64,000 nt of DNA from IMG/VR virus record IMGVR_UViG_642979322_000022; one strand, given 5' to 3'. Of the stretch, positions 39,393 to 50,484 are shown piece by piece. The notes under the pieces are model-generated. The model made no database searches, had not been told where the DNA came from, and was given only the letters and a program-made list of their open reading frames with translations. Source of the DNA: a virus. Its lineage: Duplodnaviria; Heunggongvirae; Uroviricota; Caudoviricetes. Within the stretch, counting starts at the first letter, position 1, and every line of letters starts with the position of its first letter. The position numbers and the translations under genes are program-made.

Positions 39393-39709
39393 TGAGGTTG
39401 ACGATGGAATTTAAAGATTTACCAATGCAATTCCAGGAAATGGCAGCGAATATAGTTCGTTCCCAACTGGCGACTCTTGACCTGAGTACCGTAGAAAAAG
39501 AAACCATCGACAATATATCCCATAATGTGCGTAATTCCTTTATTAAGCTGTACGAAGAGAATCTGAGTTCTGAAAACAAAGATGATTCACCTAAATTCAC
39601 CCCACACCCAGGTGGAGTGAGTGAGATTTATCATGAAACAATGGTTAAAGCACTACGTATGCAAATAGCCGAACTTGAACATAAATTAAATTTAGTTAGT
39701 AAGTGCTAA
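39392..39709 (+). CDS. hypothetical protein of the dicB-type operon
   Basis: 105-aa track ORF. Confidence 0.4.
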   Translation: MRLTMEFKDLPMQFQEMAANIVRSQLATLDLSTVEKETIDNISHNVRNSFIKLYEENLSSENKDDSPKFTPHPGGVSEIYHETMVKALRMQIAELEHKLNLVSKC

Positions 39710-40073
39710 AATCAGCACAAGGCAAAAGGGTTGCACTTTCATCATAAGGGCAAACAAAAATGTGAGCATTAGCACCAACTGAATTAGCAATAGAAAAGGT
39801 TTGTTCAAGTATTTGATTCGCATTAAGCGTTGACTGAATAACGTATGCCCCTGGCAATAATTTATATTCAATGTCACCTTCATTAATCATCCTGGAGTAT
39901 TTAAAATTTGGCATCAGAGTCTCGAACTTTTTCTCCTGTTCCATTGTTGCTTCAAATAACTGCACATGGACATAATATCGATTGATTGATTTAGAGTGCA
40001 TTTTATCCTCCATTAAGGGCTGGGTTAAAAATGGAGACCAACACGCTGTCACGTGTGGTCGTGCGCCGGACAC
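39696..40073 (-). CDS. hypothetical protein antisense to the early-left operon, in an AT-rich island
   Basis: 125-aa track ORF with GTG start (about 100 aa from internal ATG MHSKSINRY...); local GC drop. Confidence 0.25.
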   Translation of the reverse strand: MSGARPHVTACWSPFLTQPLMEDKMHSKSINRYYVHVQLFEATMEQEKKFETLMPNFKYSRMINEGDIEYKLLPGAYVIQSTLNANQILEQTFSIANSVGANAHIFVCPYDESATLLPCADFSTY

Positions 40074-40337
40074 GGATAAGAATCCGGTACTGACAGTTTA
40101 CTGAAAGGCTCTTTCCCTGAAAAGTCAGGGCATAACACGAAAGCGCACGGCGAAATTGGTCTCTCTGTACGGTGTCGTTAAATTTAGTTCGACCGTGCGC
40201 TTCCGGTTGTGGCAATCCGCGAAATGGCGCGGCGGTAAGTGTGGCGGGGTTATTCTGTTCCCCCTTGAGGACGCCGGGTTGTCAGGTTGACCATACGCTT
40301 AAGTGACAACCCCACTGCAACGCCCTCTGTTATCAGT

Positions 40338-40390
40338 TTTCTGGTGACGTTTGGCGGTATCAGTTTTACTCCGTGGCTGCTCTGCCGCCC
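40338..40390 (+). ncRNA. dicF: DicF small RNA
   Basis: TTTCTGGTGACGTTTGGCGGTATCAGTTTTACTCCGTGGCTGCTCTGCCGCCC matches recalled 53-nt DicF with one mismatch; T-run follows; upstream of dicB. Confidence 0.8.
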
Positions 40391-40564
40391 TTTTTAAAGT
40401 GAATTTTGTGATGCGGTGAATGCGGCTCAGCGCACGCGGAACAGTTAAAACCAAAAACAGTGTTATGGGTGGATTCTCTGTATCCGGCGTTAATTGTTAA
40501 CTGGTTAACGTCACCTGGAGGCACCAGGCACCGCATCACAAAATTCATTGTTGAGGACGCGATA

Positions 40565-40753
40565 ATGGAAACGTCACTACCAAACGTTAATACGTCTGAA
40601 GGGTGTTTTAATATTGGTATTCTGCTCAGTAACCGGGAGTTTACTGAAGACGCCATCAGGATGAGAAAATATGAGCCTTATCTTCTCAATGATAATTCCA
40701 TACTCTCCAGAATTGCCCTTCTTGAACTTGGCATTTTCGGAGGGCAGCAGTGA
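40565..40753 (+). CDS. dicB: DicB-like cell division inhibitor
   Basis: 62 aa from internal ATG METSLPNVNTSEGCFNIGILLSNREFTEDAI... Confidence 0.8.
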   Translation: METSLPNVNTSEGCFNIGILLSNREFTEDAIRMRKYEPYLLNDNSILSRIALLELGIFGGQQ

Positions 40754-40938
40754 GTTCAGCGTTTGCACTGATGATGACGGTTTTTCTTATAACAGGTGAG
40801 CCACAGAATGTGATTACCGGAATTTATGCCAGTAAAGAATCCTGCCATCAGGCAAGAGACGAGCAAAAAATTTCCGGTGAATGTCTCCCGTTAAACAAAG
40901 TATCGCTGTACCTGAATAACGAAATACCGGCTGGATAA
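40750..40938 (+). CDS. ydfD: YdfD-like small protein
   Basis: 62 aa, hydrophobic N-terminus, ends NNEIPAG. Confidence 0.6.
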   Translation: MSSAFALMMTVFLITGEPQNVITGIYASKESCHQARDEQKISGECLPLNKVSLYLNNEIPAG

Positions 40939-41030
40939 CCCGCCAGCCGTATTAACGCCATACCCGTTGATTAAGCATGCCAGCAATAGCAGGGATTCGT
41001 ACAACCTTAAAATAGTTATGAGGTTTATCA

Positions 41031-43475
41031 ATGAGCACTGATAAAGAAGAAATTGCACTGTATTACGAAGCCAAAAATGACAAAGTCAGAAAACGCCTTG
41101 GGATTAAAGGCGGTTTTTACTGGCGCACAGCAAAAAAATTATCGGTTGCAATATCACGGGGTGTTGTCGCAATGGACGATGCTGGATTTGACGAAGAGGA
41201 TTTCAAAAAACCTGTTCGCGTGAATTTGCCCATTGTTAATGACCTGCCGCCTGAAGGTGTGTTCGATACTGAATTCTGCAACCGCTATGAAAAAGGCGGA
41301 GAAGATGGCATCACAATGATATTTATAGCGCCTTCCCCCTCAGTTCAGGACAAACCAGCCAGCACTGACAATACCAACGTCAATGGCGAAGACATGGCTG
41401 AGATTGAGGATAATATGCTCCTGCCGATTTCCGGTCAGGAACTGCCCATTCGCTGGCTTGCGCAACATGGCAGCGAAAAACCGGTAACGCACGTTTCACG
41501 GGAAGAACTTCAGGCATTACATATCGCACGAGCTGAAGAACTGCCTGCTGTTACTGCCCTGGCTATTTCCCACAACACAAAGCTGCTCGACCCGCTGGAG
41601 ATTCGCGACCTTCACAAACTGGTACGCGACACAGACAAAGTTTTCCCTAATCCCGTTAATTCCAGTCTGGGGTTAATGACTGCTTTTTTCGAAGCATACC
41701 TGGACGCTGACTATACCGATCGAGGTCTGCTGACAAAAGAGTGGATGAAAGGAAATCGTGTTTTACGCATCAGCCGCACGCCATCCGGCGCTAATGCTGG
41801 CGGAGGAATTCTTACCGATCGCGGTGAAGGTTTTGTCCACGATGATGCGTCAGTGGAACGTGACGTTGCCGCTGGCGTTCTGGCCCGTTCAATGGACATC
41901 GATATTTACAATCCACATCCGGCACACGCCAAACGCATTGAAGAAATCGTTTCAGATAATAAGCCGCCCTTTTCTGTTTTTCGTGACAAATTCATCGCCA
42001 TGCCTGGTCACCTGGATTATTCCCGCGCGATAGTGGTTGCGTCCGTGAAAGAAGCACCAATTGGTATCGAGGCTACTCCCCACCGTGTTACCGAATATCT
42101 GAACAAAGTACTGACCGAAACCGACCATGCCAACCCTGATCCAGAAATCGTGGATATTGCCTGCGGTCGCTCCTCTGCTCCAATGCCGCAGCGTGTAACA
42201 AAAGAAGGAAAACAGGATGATGAAGAAAAACCGCAGCCATCTGGCGCAATGGCAGATGAACAGGCAACGACTGAAGCAGTGGAACCGGATACAACTGAAC
42301 ATAATCAGGACACGCAGTCGATGGATGCTCAGCCACAGATAAATTCTGTTGATGCGAAATATCAGAAACTGCGGGCAGAACTCCATGAAGCCCGGAAAAA
42401 CATTCCGCCCCAAAATCCTGTCGATGCAGACAAATTACTGGCTGCCTCTCGCGGAGAATTTGTTGAAGGGATTAGCGACCCGAATGATCCGAAATGGATT
42501 AAGGGGATCCAGACCCGCGATTCTGTGTACCAGAATCAGCCAGAAACGGAACAGAACGACCAGAAAGCGGAACAGAACAGCCCAAATACGCAACAAAACG
42601 AGCCAGAAACGAAACAACCTGAACCAGTAGTGCAACAGGAACCGGAAAAGATCTGCACCGCCTGCGGTCAGAGGAGTGGCGGCAACTGCCCTGATTGTGG
42701 CGCGGTGATGGGCGACGCAACATACCAGGAAACATTCGATGACAAGAACCTGGTTGAAGTTCAGGAAGACGATTCGGAGAAAATGGAAGGCGCTGAACAT
42801 CCACACAAGGAGAATGCTGGCAGCGCTCAGGACCACGCCAGCGATAGTGAAACTGGCGAGACGGCAGATCCCTTAATTACGGTGAACGGTCATCGCATTA
42901 TCACATCCACCAGCAGGACGTGTGACCATCTAATGATCGACCTTGAAACCATGGGAAAAAATCCTGATGCCCCGATTATCTCAATAGGTGCAATATTTTT
43001 CGATCCGCAAACCGGAGATATGGGACCGGAATTTAGTAAGACTATCGATCTGGAAACTGCTGGCGGAGTCATTGATCGGGACACCATTAAATGGTGGCTT
43101 AAGCAATCACGCGAAGCGCAATCTGCCATTATGACCGATGAAATCCCGTTAGATGATGCACTGTTACAATTGCGGGAATTTATCGACGAAAACTCCGGTG
43201 AATTTTTTGTTCAGGTCTGGGGAAATGGAGCCAACTTCGACAACACGATTTTGCGCCGTTCATACGAACGGCAGGGGATCCCCTGCCCGTGGCGTTACTA
43301 CAACGATCGCGATGTACGCACAATCGTTGAGCTGGGGAAAGCCATAGACTTCGATGCCAGAACTGCTATCCCATTCGAAGGTGAGCGCCACAATGCGCTG
43401 GATGACGCTCGTTACCAGGCAAAATACGTTTCAGCTATCTGGCAAAAACTGATCCCGAATCAGGCTGATTTTTAA
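41031..43475 (+). CDS. large phage exonuclease with C-terminal DnaQ-like (DEDDh) 3'-5' exonuclease domain
   Basis: 814 aa; Exo motifs [29 protein letters not shown]; zinc-ribbon CTACGQ...CPDCG; Q/E/N/P-rich low-complexity linker. Confidence 0.75.
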   Translation: MSTDKEEIALYYEAKNDKVRKRLGIKGGFYWRTAKKLSVAISRGVVAMDDAGFDEEDFKKPVRVNLPIVNDLPPEGVFDTEFCNRYEKGGEDGITMIFIAPSPSVQDKPASTDNTNVNGEDMAEIEDNMLLPISGQELPIRWLAQHGSEKPVTHVSREELQALHIARAEELPAVTALAISHNTKLLDPLEIRDLHKLVRDTDKVFPNPVNSSLGLMTAFFEAYLDADYTDRGLLTKEWMKGNRVLRISRTPSGANAGGGILTDRGEGFVHDDASVERDVAAGVLARSMDIDIYNPHPAHAKRIEEIVSDNKPPFSVFRDKFIAMPGHLDYSRAIVVASVKEAPIGIEATPHRVTEYLNKVLTETDHANPDPEIVDIACGRSSAPMPQRVTKEGKQDDEEKPQPSGAMADEQATTEAVEPDTTEHNQDTQSMDAQPQINSVDAKYQKLRAELHEARKNIPPQNPVDADKLLAASRGEFVEGISDPNDPKWIKGIQTRDSVYQNQPETEQNDQKAEQNSPNTQQNEPETKQPEPVVQQEPEKICTACGQRSGGNCPDCGAVMGDATYQETFDDKNLVEVQEDDSEKMEGAEHPHKENAGSAQDHASDSETGETADPLITVNGHRIITSTSRTCDHLMIDLETMGKNPDAPIISIGAIFFDPQTGDMGPEFSKTIDLETAGGVIDRDTIKWWLKQSREAQSAIMTDEIPLDDALLQLREFIDENSGEFFVQVWGNGANFDNTILRRSYERQGIPCPWRYYNDRDVRTIVELGKAIDFDARTAIPFEGERHNALDDARYQAKYVSAIWQKLIPNQADF

Positions 43476-43539
43476 TGTTCAACCCCGGTCGTTGCCCACC
43501 AGCTATAGTGGCGGCGACCATGATTAGCGAACGACGCTC

Positions 43540-43788
43540 ATGGCAAGACTTATTCTGCTCACTGAGTGGGCAAAAGAGGAATTCAGTGAACCGGTCCCTA
43601 CTCCGAGTACGTTAAGTAAATACGCTAAAGCCGGAATGATATTTCCTCTCCCCAAAAAAGTTGGAAGACGCTGGCGAGTGGATCCGCAAGCTCGCTTTGT
43701 CGGAATGGTAAACAAGCCGGAGGTGATCGCCACAGATCACCCTGCTTTGAAGAGGATACTGGAAGATGGCGCGCCCGCGAAAATATAA
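43540..43788 (+). CDS. xis: excisionase (Xis-like)
   Basis: 82 aa immediately upstream of and overlapping int. Confidence 0.6.
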   Translation: MARLILLTEWAKEEFSEPVPTPSTLSKYAKAGMIFPLPKKVGRRWRVDPQARFVGMVNKPEVIATDHPALKRILEDGAPAKI

Positions 43789-44896
43789 AACCGATGTTCC
43801 GGGATTATCTCCGTATTTTGACAAAAGAAATAACAAAGTTTACTGGCGTTACAGGCATCCCATAACAGGCAAAAATCACGGTCTCGGCAGTATTGACCAG
43901 AAACTGGCAGAAACTATTGCAGCAGAAGCGAACAGCCGTCTTGCCCGGCAGCAAATGGAACAAATGCTCAGTCTGCAGGAGAAAATTATTAGTGATACCG
44001 GCGGTTCATCAACCGTTACCATTTTTCTGAATAATTACAGAAAAATTCAACAGGAAAGATATGAAAACGGCGAGATCAAACTCAACACGCTGAAACAGAA
44101 AGCGGCCCCTCTCAGGGTATTTGATGAACGTTTTGGCACCAGACCGTTAGATGCCATAACCGTAAAAGATGTGGTATCAGTACTGGAAGAGTACAAGGCC
44201 AGAGGACATAACAGAATGGGACAAATTTTCAGGAAAGTACTGATCGATGTTTTCCGGGAAGCTCAGCAAACGGGCGATGTCCCGCCAGGCTTTAACCCTG
44301 CAGAATCTGCAAAAAAACCGCAGGTACGGATATCAAGACAGCGACTGACTTTTGATGAGTGGATGATGATTTATAACGCAGCGGAAAAGGATGGTTACTT
44401 TTTACAGCGCGGTATGCTGCTGGCACTGATGACAGGCCAGCGCCTTTCAGATATTTGCAAAATGCAATTTTCGGATATCCGGGATGGTTATCTTCATGTC
44501 GAACAGCAAAAAACAGGAACCCGGATTGCCATCCCTCTGGCTCTGCGTTGCGATAAATTAAATCTCACCCTGGATGATGTGGTGTCATCCTGCCGCGATT
44601 GCGTTCTTAGTCCGTGGCTATTGCACCACCATCACGCGAAAGGGACAGCTAAGCGCGGCGGGATGGTTAAGCCAGCAACATTAACCGTTGCATTTAAAAA
44701 AGCCCGGGATTCTGTGGATTACAACTGGCGTGCTAATGGCACCCCACCCTCTTTCCATGAGCAGAGATCTTTATCAGAGCGATTGTTCAGAGAGCAGGGG
44801 GTTGATACCAAAATTTTGCTAGGCCATTCGAATCAAAAAATGATCGATATTTACAACGACGCACGCGGTAAGGAATGGAAAAAACTGGTCATTTGA
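43766..44896 (+). CDS. int: lambda-family tyrosine integrase
   Basis: 376 aa; C-terminal catalytic region ...HEQRSLSERLFREQGVDTKILLGHSNQKMIDIYNDARGKEWKKLVI. Confidence 0.9.
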   Translation: MARPRKYKTDVPGLSPYFDKRNNKVYWRYRHPITGKNHGLGSIDQKLAETIAAEANSRLARQQMEQMLSLQEKIISDTGGSSTVTIFLNNYRKIQQERYENGEIKLNTLKQKAAPLRVFDERFGTRPLDAITVKDVVSVLEEYKARGHNRMGQIFRKVLIDVFREAQQTGDVPPGFNPAESAKKPQVRISRQRLTFDEWMMIYNAAEKDGYFLQRGMLLALMTGQRLSDICKMQFSDIRDGYLHVEQQKTGTRIAIPLALRCDKLNLTLDDVVSSCRDCVLSPWLLHHHHAKGTAKRGGMVKPATLTVAFKKARDSVDYNWRANGTPPSFHEQRSLSERLFREQGVDTKILLGHSNQKMIDIYNDARGKEWKKLVI

Positions 44897-44945
44897 TGAC
44901 CAGTTTTGCAGAGGGGTTTTGCAGAGGTTTTGCAGAGAAAATTAA

Positions 44946-45072
44946 AAACGATATCCTGCGGAGAACATAAACACCCACGGATCCAGTCGTACCGAGTCTT
45001 TCACGGTAGTAACACCAGATTTATACTTAGCCGTGGTATCGATATCCATGTACCACACTGGTAGATTTTACA
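44946..45072 (-). pseudogene. ompW: 3'-terminal fragment resembling ompW (about 40 codons); probable att-site remnant
   Basis: Hand translation ...VWYMDIDTTAKYKSGVTTVKDSVRLDPWVFMFSAGYRF* matches the recalled OmpW C-terminus; in-frame stop 7 codons upstream of the homology. Confidence 0.5.
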
Positions 45073-46195
45073 AAACTCAATAACATATTATATTTAAAGG
45101 AAAAATACAGAATTTACGATGCTTTTTTATACAGATCTCTCGTGTTTTTAACTGATTGATTTTGTTGAACTCTTTTTTTGTTTTGCAGGAGTTACTCCTC
45201 TTACCTTATTGTCCACTCGATGACCAACACATTCACAACCCAAACCAGAATATCCTATCTATGAAGCATGTATCCGCACGCAGATTAATTATGGTTTACA
45301 TTGTTCTACCACAATAGTCGCATCCTAAATGGGTGCGGTTGAGGATCACCATCCTTGAAGAGGATGCCCGCCACTTTAACTGCATGACAGGGCTATTTAA
45401 ACAATCACTAAAAATCGCCCAAGAGCATTCTGTTTCTATAATGTATTCCAAGAGATTAAAAAATAATATCATACGTTATTCGGCAGAGTTCGTATGTACT
45501 ACGGCGTCCCAACCATGTCCCAAAACAAAAATTTCTGCCCTATACACGTTCCAAAAAATTCAACAGCAAAGAGAGTCTGCTGACGAGTTGTTGATTCACT
45601 GATTAATACGTAAAATTGATAACTGCTGGAAATCATACAATACTCGTACTTTCGAAAGTTCGCTAACCAGGTGCTACACGCGAGGTGTTGCAGTTTTCTT
45701 TACGATTTATCATTCAATCCTAATCCATGCATGACATGTGGTGCCTGTGGGGTGATCCTACCTACGTAATGTGGACACAGCCCTAATCAAGGTTCTGTTT
45801 TTCAAAACAGTTCCGTGCTGAGACAGCCACAAGTACTGTGTCGGCACCACCGATTGTAATCACACTAGATCTAATTAAACACAGCCGTCTGCATTATTTC
45901 CCGACTCATAAAATATTAGCCGTAAATGCATTCGACTTTTAGTGAGTGGAAGAAACTTTCCGCCCTAGCATTATCGTAACAGCGCCCCTTTGCACTCATC
46001 CTGTCATGCAGGTATGCCGCTTCAGAAGCGCCTGATAATGCGTTGAAATCAGGACGGTGGCTACTTGCTATTCAGTTCACGATACATCCCTTAAGGACCA
46101 GCGAATAGCAATGAGTCACTTTATTATCAAGTTTGATGACCGCTTTGATGCTAACTTTTAATAAGAGTCTCTTCACACAAAATCGTGTACCGAGT

Positions 46196-46846
46196 CTACA
46201 CTGAATAACAATCACTCCTCACCGTAAAGTGACCGATACTGCAATCAAACTCACACTGCTCTCTGGCCACAAGCATTGATAATGTTATTGGCTCTCTGCT
46301 TAGTGGGTGATGCATCCCATCATTAATTATACGAGAAAGAGCCATTTCATCATATAAACTACATACTCTGGAACCTTCAGCATTTCTTAAAAAAACACCT
46401 CGTTGAGGAATTGCCAGCGTAATCGGGCACTGTAATGCTTCATCTATGTAAGACATTTCTTCAATATTAACTAAAAATGAACATGAATGTAATCGCCGCT
46501 GTAACAATTCAATTCTGTTATCATTACTATGCATAAATTCAGAAATAACCTGCCCCATATATGTACTGAATACATCAAGAAATGAATTGCCTCCATTCAA
46601 TTGATTTTCAACAGAATCAGCCAATCTAATGATATCGGCTAGTTCTGTATGGCTTAAACCCGAATATAGTTCCCCTTGAACAGGATCTACAATAAAAGCG
46701 TCCATAGCACTCTGATAGCGAACAGAAAACGATCATTCTCCTATTGTGAGTCTTTCCATTTGATGATCTCTGGTCGCACGTTGTAAAACTTCAACATCTT
46801 GTGTTGACAAGTAATTTCCAGAAGACAAATTAAATGAAAATGGCAT
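46196..46846 (-). pseudogene. nleG: nleG-family effector (U-box E3 ligase) with in-frame premature stop
   Basis: ATG near 46846 reads MPFSFNLSSGNYLSTQDVEVLQRATRDHQMERLTIGE then TGA; same frame continues ...MDAF... to the U-box (CPITLAIPQRGVF...HPLSREPI). Confidence 0.7.
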
Positions 46847-47039
46847 AATTTTATCCCTAAAGCATATATCTTACTTTTCGATAATTAACAAAAAGCCATC
46901 CTCCACAGCAATACTCCATCAGAATAATTGTAGGATTATTTTAATCTAATTTATAAGCATAAAATATATACTCACTAAATAGCTGCGCAGAATAGTAGAT
47001 CATTTAGAGGGAACTCAACCCGATTGTGCGATCTGATCA

Positions 47040-48110
47040 ATCGCCAAATCAATACAAATCACCAACCGGACTGAGCAATGTCGATCATACCACCAATTTC
47101 CCGTGACGAACGACGCCTAATACAGAAAGCCATCCATAAAAGGCTGACAGCCATGCTGATGCTGCACCGGGGCGACCGTGTCAGCGACGTTGCCCGCACA
47201 CTATGCTGCGCCCGTTCCTCTGTTGGGCGCTGGATTAACTAGTTCACACAGTCGGGTGTTGAGGGACTGAAATCATTACCTGCCGAGCGAGCCCGCCGCT
47301 GGCCGTTTGCGCATATCTACACACTATTACGTGAACAGGTAAAATATTCACTCGCGACTTTGGCTACAATTATTCACGCTGGAGTACAGAACTGCTGACA
47401 ATAAAAATCAATGAGATAACCGGCTGCCTGTTACATGCTGGAACCATTCGCCGCTGGTTGTCGTCTGTGGGGCTTGTGTGGCGAAGGGCTGCGCCAACTC
47501 TACGTATCCGTGCCCCGCCTAAAGATAAAAAGATGGCAACAATCCATAACGCACTGGACGAATGCAGCACAGAGCATCCGGTCTTTTATGAAGATGAAGT
47601 ATTTATCCATCTTAATCCCAAAATCGGTGCGGACTGGAAACTGCTCGGGAAGCAAAAACGAGGGGTCACGCCGGAACAAAATGAAAAATATTCTCTGGAC
47701 GTAGCGCTGCACAGCGGGACAGGTTAAGTCAGCTGTGTGGGCGCCAACAGCAAAAGTTCGGCGCTGTTCATCAGACTGCTGAAGCGGCTTAAAGCTACAT
47801 ACTGTCGGACGAAAACCATCACGCTGCTCGAGGACAACTACATTATCCACAAAGGCCGGGAAACCCAGCGCTGGCTGAAGGATAAACCGAAGTGCAGAGT
47901 CATTTATCAGCCGGTTTAATCTCCATGGGTGAATCATTTTGAATAGCTATGGCAGATACTTCACGCCACAATAACGCGTAATCATCAGTGCCGCTCAATG
48001 TGGCAACTATTGAAAAAGTTCGCCATTTTATGGAATCCGTCAGTCCATTCCCCGAAGGCAAACATGGGCTGGCAAAAATGTGCGATATTAGGCGCAGCTA
48101 TTTAGTTATT
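47040..48110 (+). mobile_element. degenerate IS630-family element (transposase broken by stops and frameshifts)
   Basis: Fragments MSIIPPISRDERRLIQKAIHKRL...RSSVGRWIN*, ...KIGADWKLLGKQKRGVTPEQNEKY..., ...RVIYQPV* in different frames; element ends approximate. Confidence 0.7.
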
Positions 48111-48352
48111 CCGTCATTTCTCCCGCCCGTGTAAACACTACTGAATCTTGTCGTTGTGACAAAGCTATAAATAGTCAATCACAGCACGTTTCTGCGTACG
48201 ACGCGCTGCAATTTTCTTTACGATTTATAACTGTACAGGTGAACTATGAGTTATTTGGATACATACATATAGTGTAACGCCTGTTGTATATTTTACTCAT
48301 ATCTTTTTACAGGATGAAAACCAATGATACTGGCGCATAGCCTCCTCCAACC

Positions 48353-48943
48353 TTACCCCTGTATAACACGACTCATATAACCTGGGATTTCATTTCGTAG
48401 TTTTACAATATCAACACCCGGGGCGATATGTTTCTGATAAAACTTGTCTGCAAGCACGTTTGCTATGTAATCTGTTGTACTGTTTTTTACAGCTCGGCTC
48501 ATACCATCGCAAAGAGCATCCATTTTTTTGCCAAAAGAAGCATTTCCTATTATTATATGATTAATAGAACTTTGTGCCGCTTTAACATCAAGAGTTAGTT
48601 CAAACTCCTTACTTACAAGAGAAAAGACCATTTTCCTCTCTTCAGAAGAAATTTTTGCATTTTTTTGAAGGCAGCAATTATCAATCTCTTGGTTGATAAC
48701 CCTTGACGGATATACTGTCCGTTCATCACTTACCCATCCATGAATATCTTTAGTACTCTGCCTGCTTACCGTCTCCAGTATACAGCCGCTAAATTTGTTA
48801 ACATTAAAGCGGATAGAGCGCTCTCCCATTGAACACTTCACGACCTCATCATTCTTCCCACGGATGGTGCCCCGGAAAGAATTATCTTTATGATAACTGA
48901 TACCAAAAGAGCTGAAGGACACACCTGTCGCATTTACTGGCAT
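48353..48943 (-). CDS. espM: WxxxE-family type III effector, EspM-like
   Basis: 196 aa with WxxxE motif (WVSDE); length and layout as EspM/IpgB/Map family. Confidence 0.7.
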   Translation of the reverse strand: MPVNATGVSFSSFGISYHKDNSFRGTIRGKNDEVVKCSMGERSIRFNVNKFSGCILETVSRQSTKDIHGWVSDERTVYPSRVINQEIDNCCLQKNAKISSEERKMVFSLVSKEFELTLDVKAAQSSINHIIIGNASFGKKMDALCDGMSRAVKNSTTDYIANVLADKFYQKHIAPGVDIVKLRNEIPGYMSRVIQG

Positions 48944-49126
48944 AACAAATCCTTTTCATTAAAATTTGCTTACAAAAATTGTATACAATCATTTTAATTA
49001 AAAAAATACATGTGTAAATAGCATTCGTTCAAAATTTAATTTTTTGTTTGAATCCTATCACATATTTAGTATCTTGACTCCTGTCACCAATATGGTTCAA
49101 TAACATAGACTAAAGAGGGAGAAAAT

Positions 49127-49774
49127 ATGCCTGTCATATTAAACTTTTCGAGTGAAAGAGTATTGTCTGAAAGTGAACTGGAGGCTTTACGTCATGTCGG
49201 AAGAGTTAGTCAGAGTGAACAGCTTGTTGTGAGAGGCCGCACTATGAGACTTCATCATATTTCATTTATGGACAGTTTTAGCGTGGAACCGGTTTCCGGC
49301 GGACTGTTGGATCGCCTTAGTGCAAGAGGGCATCGCCTTCTCGCAGAAAATCTGGAGATACAGCTTAACAGAGGCCATACTTTTTTGCAGGCATTCCGTT
49401 TATATATGGAACAGAGCCGTGCAACCCCATGTACGCGCCAAAACGTCAGTAGTGCAATACAAAACAAAATTAACTCTCATGCATTTACTGTTAGTCATCA
49501 AGACTTTTCCTGTCATGAACAACACCTGAATTGCCCGATAACATTATGCATTCCTGAAACTGGTGTTTTTGTCAGAAATGCAAAAAACTCAGAAATATGT
49601 TCATTATATGACCACAATGCACTCACTGAACTTATCCGACGCAACGCTCCACACCCTCTCAGCCGTGAACCCTTTGTTCCGGAAATGATTGTCAGCAAAG
49701 ATGAATGCCATTTTAATCTAATAGAACAATATTTTTGCATATTAGCCACACAAAATATATGCACTAGAATTTGA
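49127..49774 (+). CDS. nleG: nleG-family effector, apparently intact
   Basis: 215 aa with C-terminal U-box signature LNCPITLCIPETGVFVRNAKNSEICSLYDHNALTELI...HPLSREPF. Confidence 0.85.
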   Translation: MPVILNFSSERVLSESELEALRHVGRVSQSEQLVVRGRTMRLHHISFMDSFSVEPVSGGLLDRLSARGHRLLAENLEIQLNRGHTFLQAFRLYMEQSRATPCTRQNVSSAIQNKINSHAFTVSHQDFSCHEQHLNCPITLCIPETGVFVRNAKNSEICSLYDHNALTELIRRNAPHPLSREPFVPEMIVSKDECHFNLIEQYFCILATQNICTRI

Positions 49775-50484
49775 CTGTATGGTTCGATTTAAATGTTGCA
49801 AAATTAATTTTACTAGTTATTGCCATCTATTTCATACTCCCTAATTCTTGATACAATCTGTCTGTCAAAATAGTAGATTAGATCGAACTTATATTACAGC
49901 TATTTAGTTTCTAAAATGGAATTTTTAACGTTTTATACTTCACATTACAATCTGTACCATAAGCCTCCTCAGCGAGGTTGCCTGAATACCCTGTCGTGCC
50001 CATTTTTCCATCGGACGCAGTTGTCTGCTCTCTCGAACTACTGGCAATAAAAATCAACCAGACAGCTTGATGTCCGTTACATGCAGGACTAATCACGATT
50101 GGTTACCGTTTACAAAACTTGCGTAACATTGGAGGAGAACGAATAATATTCTCTAGCTGGTACGCGTTCCATAGCGAAACGGGCAAGGTCCAACAGCAAG
50201 AGCTGAAACTCAGGGGGATTTATCAGTCGATTTATTCGCCATGGATGAATCACGCTGTACGGTTATGGTAGCTCTTAGCGACAAGGCATAATCATCAGTA
50301 CACCAATGTAACAACCGTTGAAAAAGACTCATTATTTTATGAACCAGCCATCCCATTTCCAGAGTGGTAAATATGATTTGTTAAAGTGTAACAGTACTCT
50401 GCGTAGCCTTTTTAGATTCATAGTTTAATGTTTCTAAATACATTAAATTGCACTATAAGAGAAAGACATAATGTGAGGATAAAA

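Noticed and set aside
44907-44941. Three tandem copies of TTTTGCAGAGG, considered as a possible CRISPR-like or iteron array
   Set aside because: Only three short units with no spacers and no cas genes nearby; more consistent with att-arm repeats.
45333-45602. 89-aa plus-strand ORF in the inter-prophage junction region
   Set aside because: AT-rich, no RBS noted, no family resemblance; region is better explained as att-arm/non-coding DNA.
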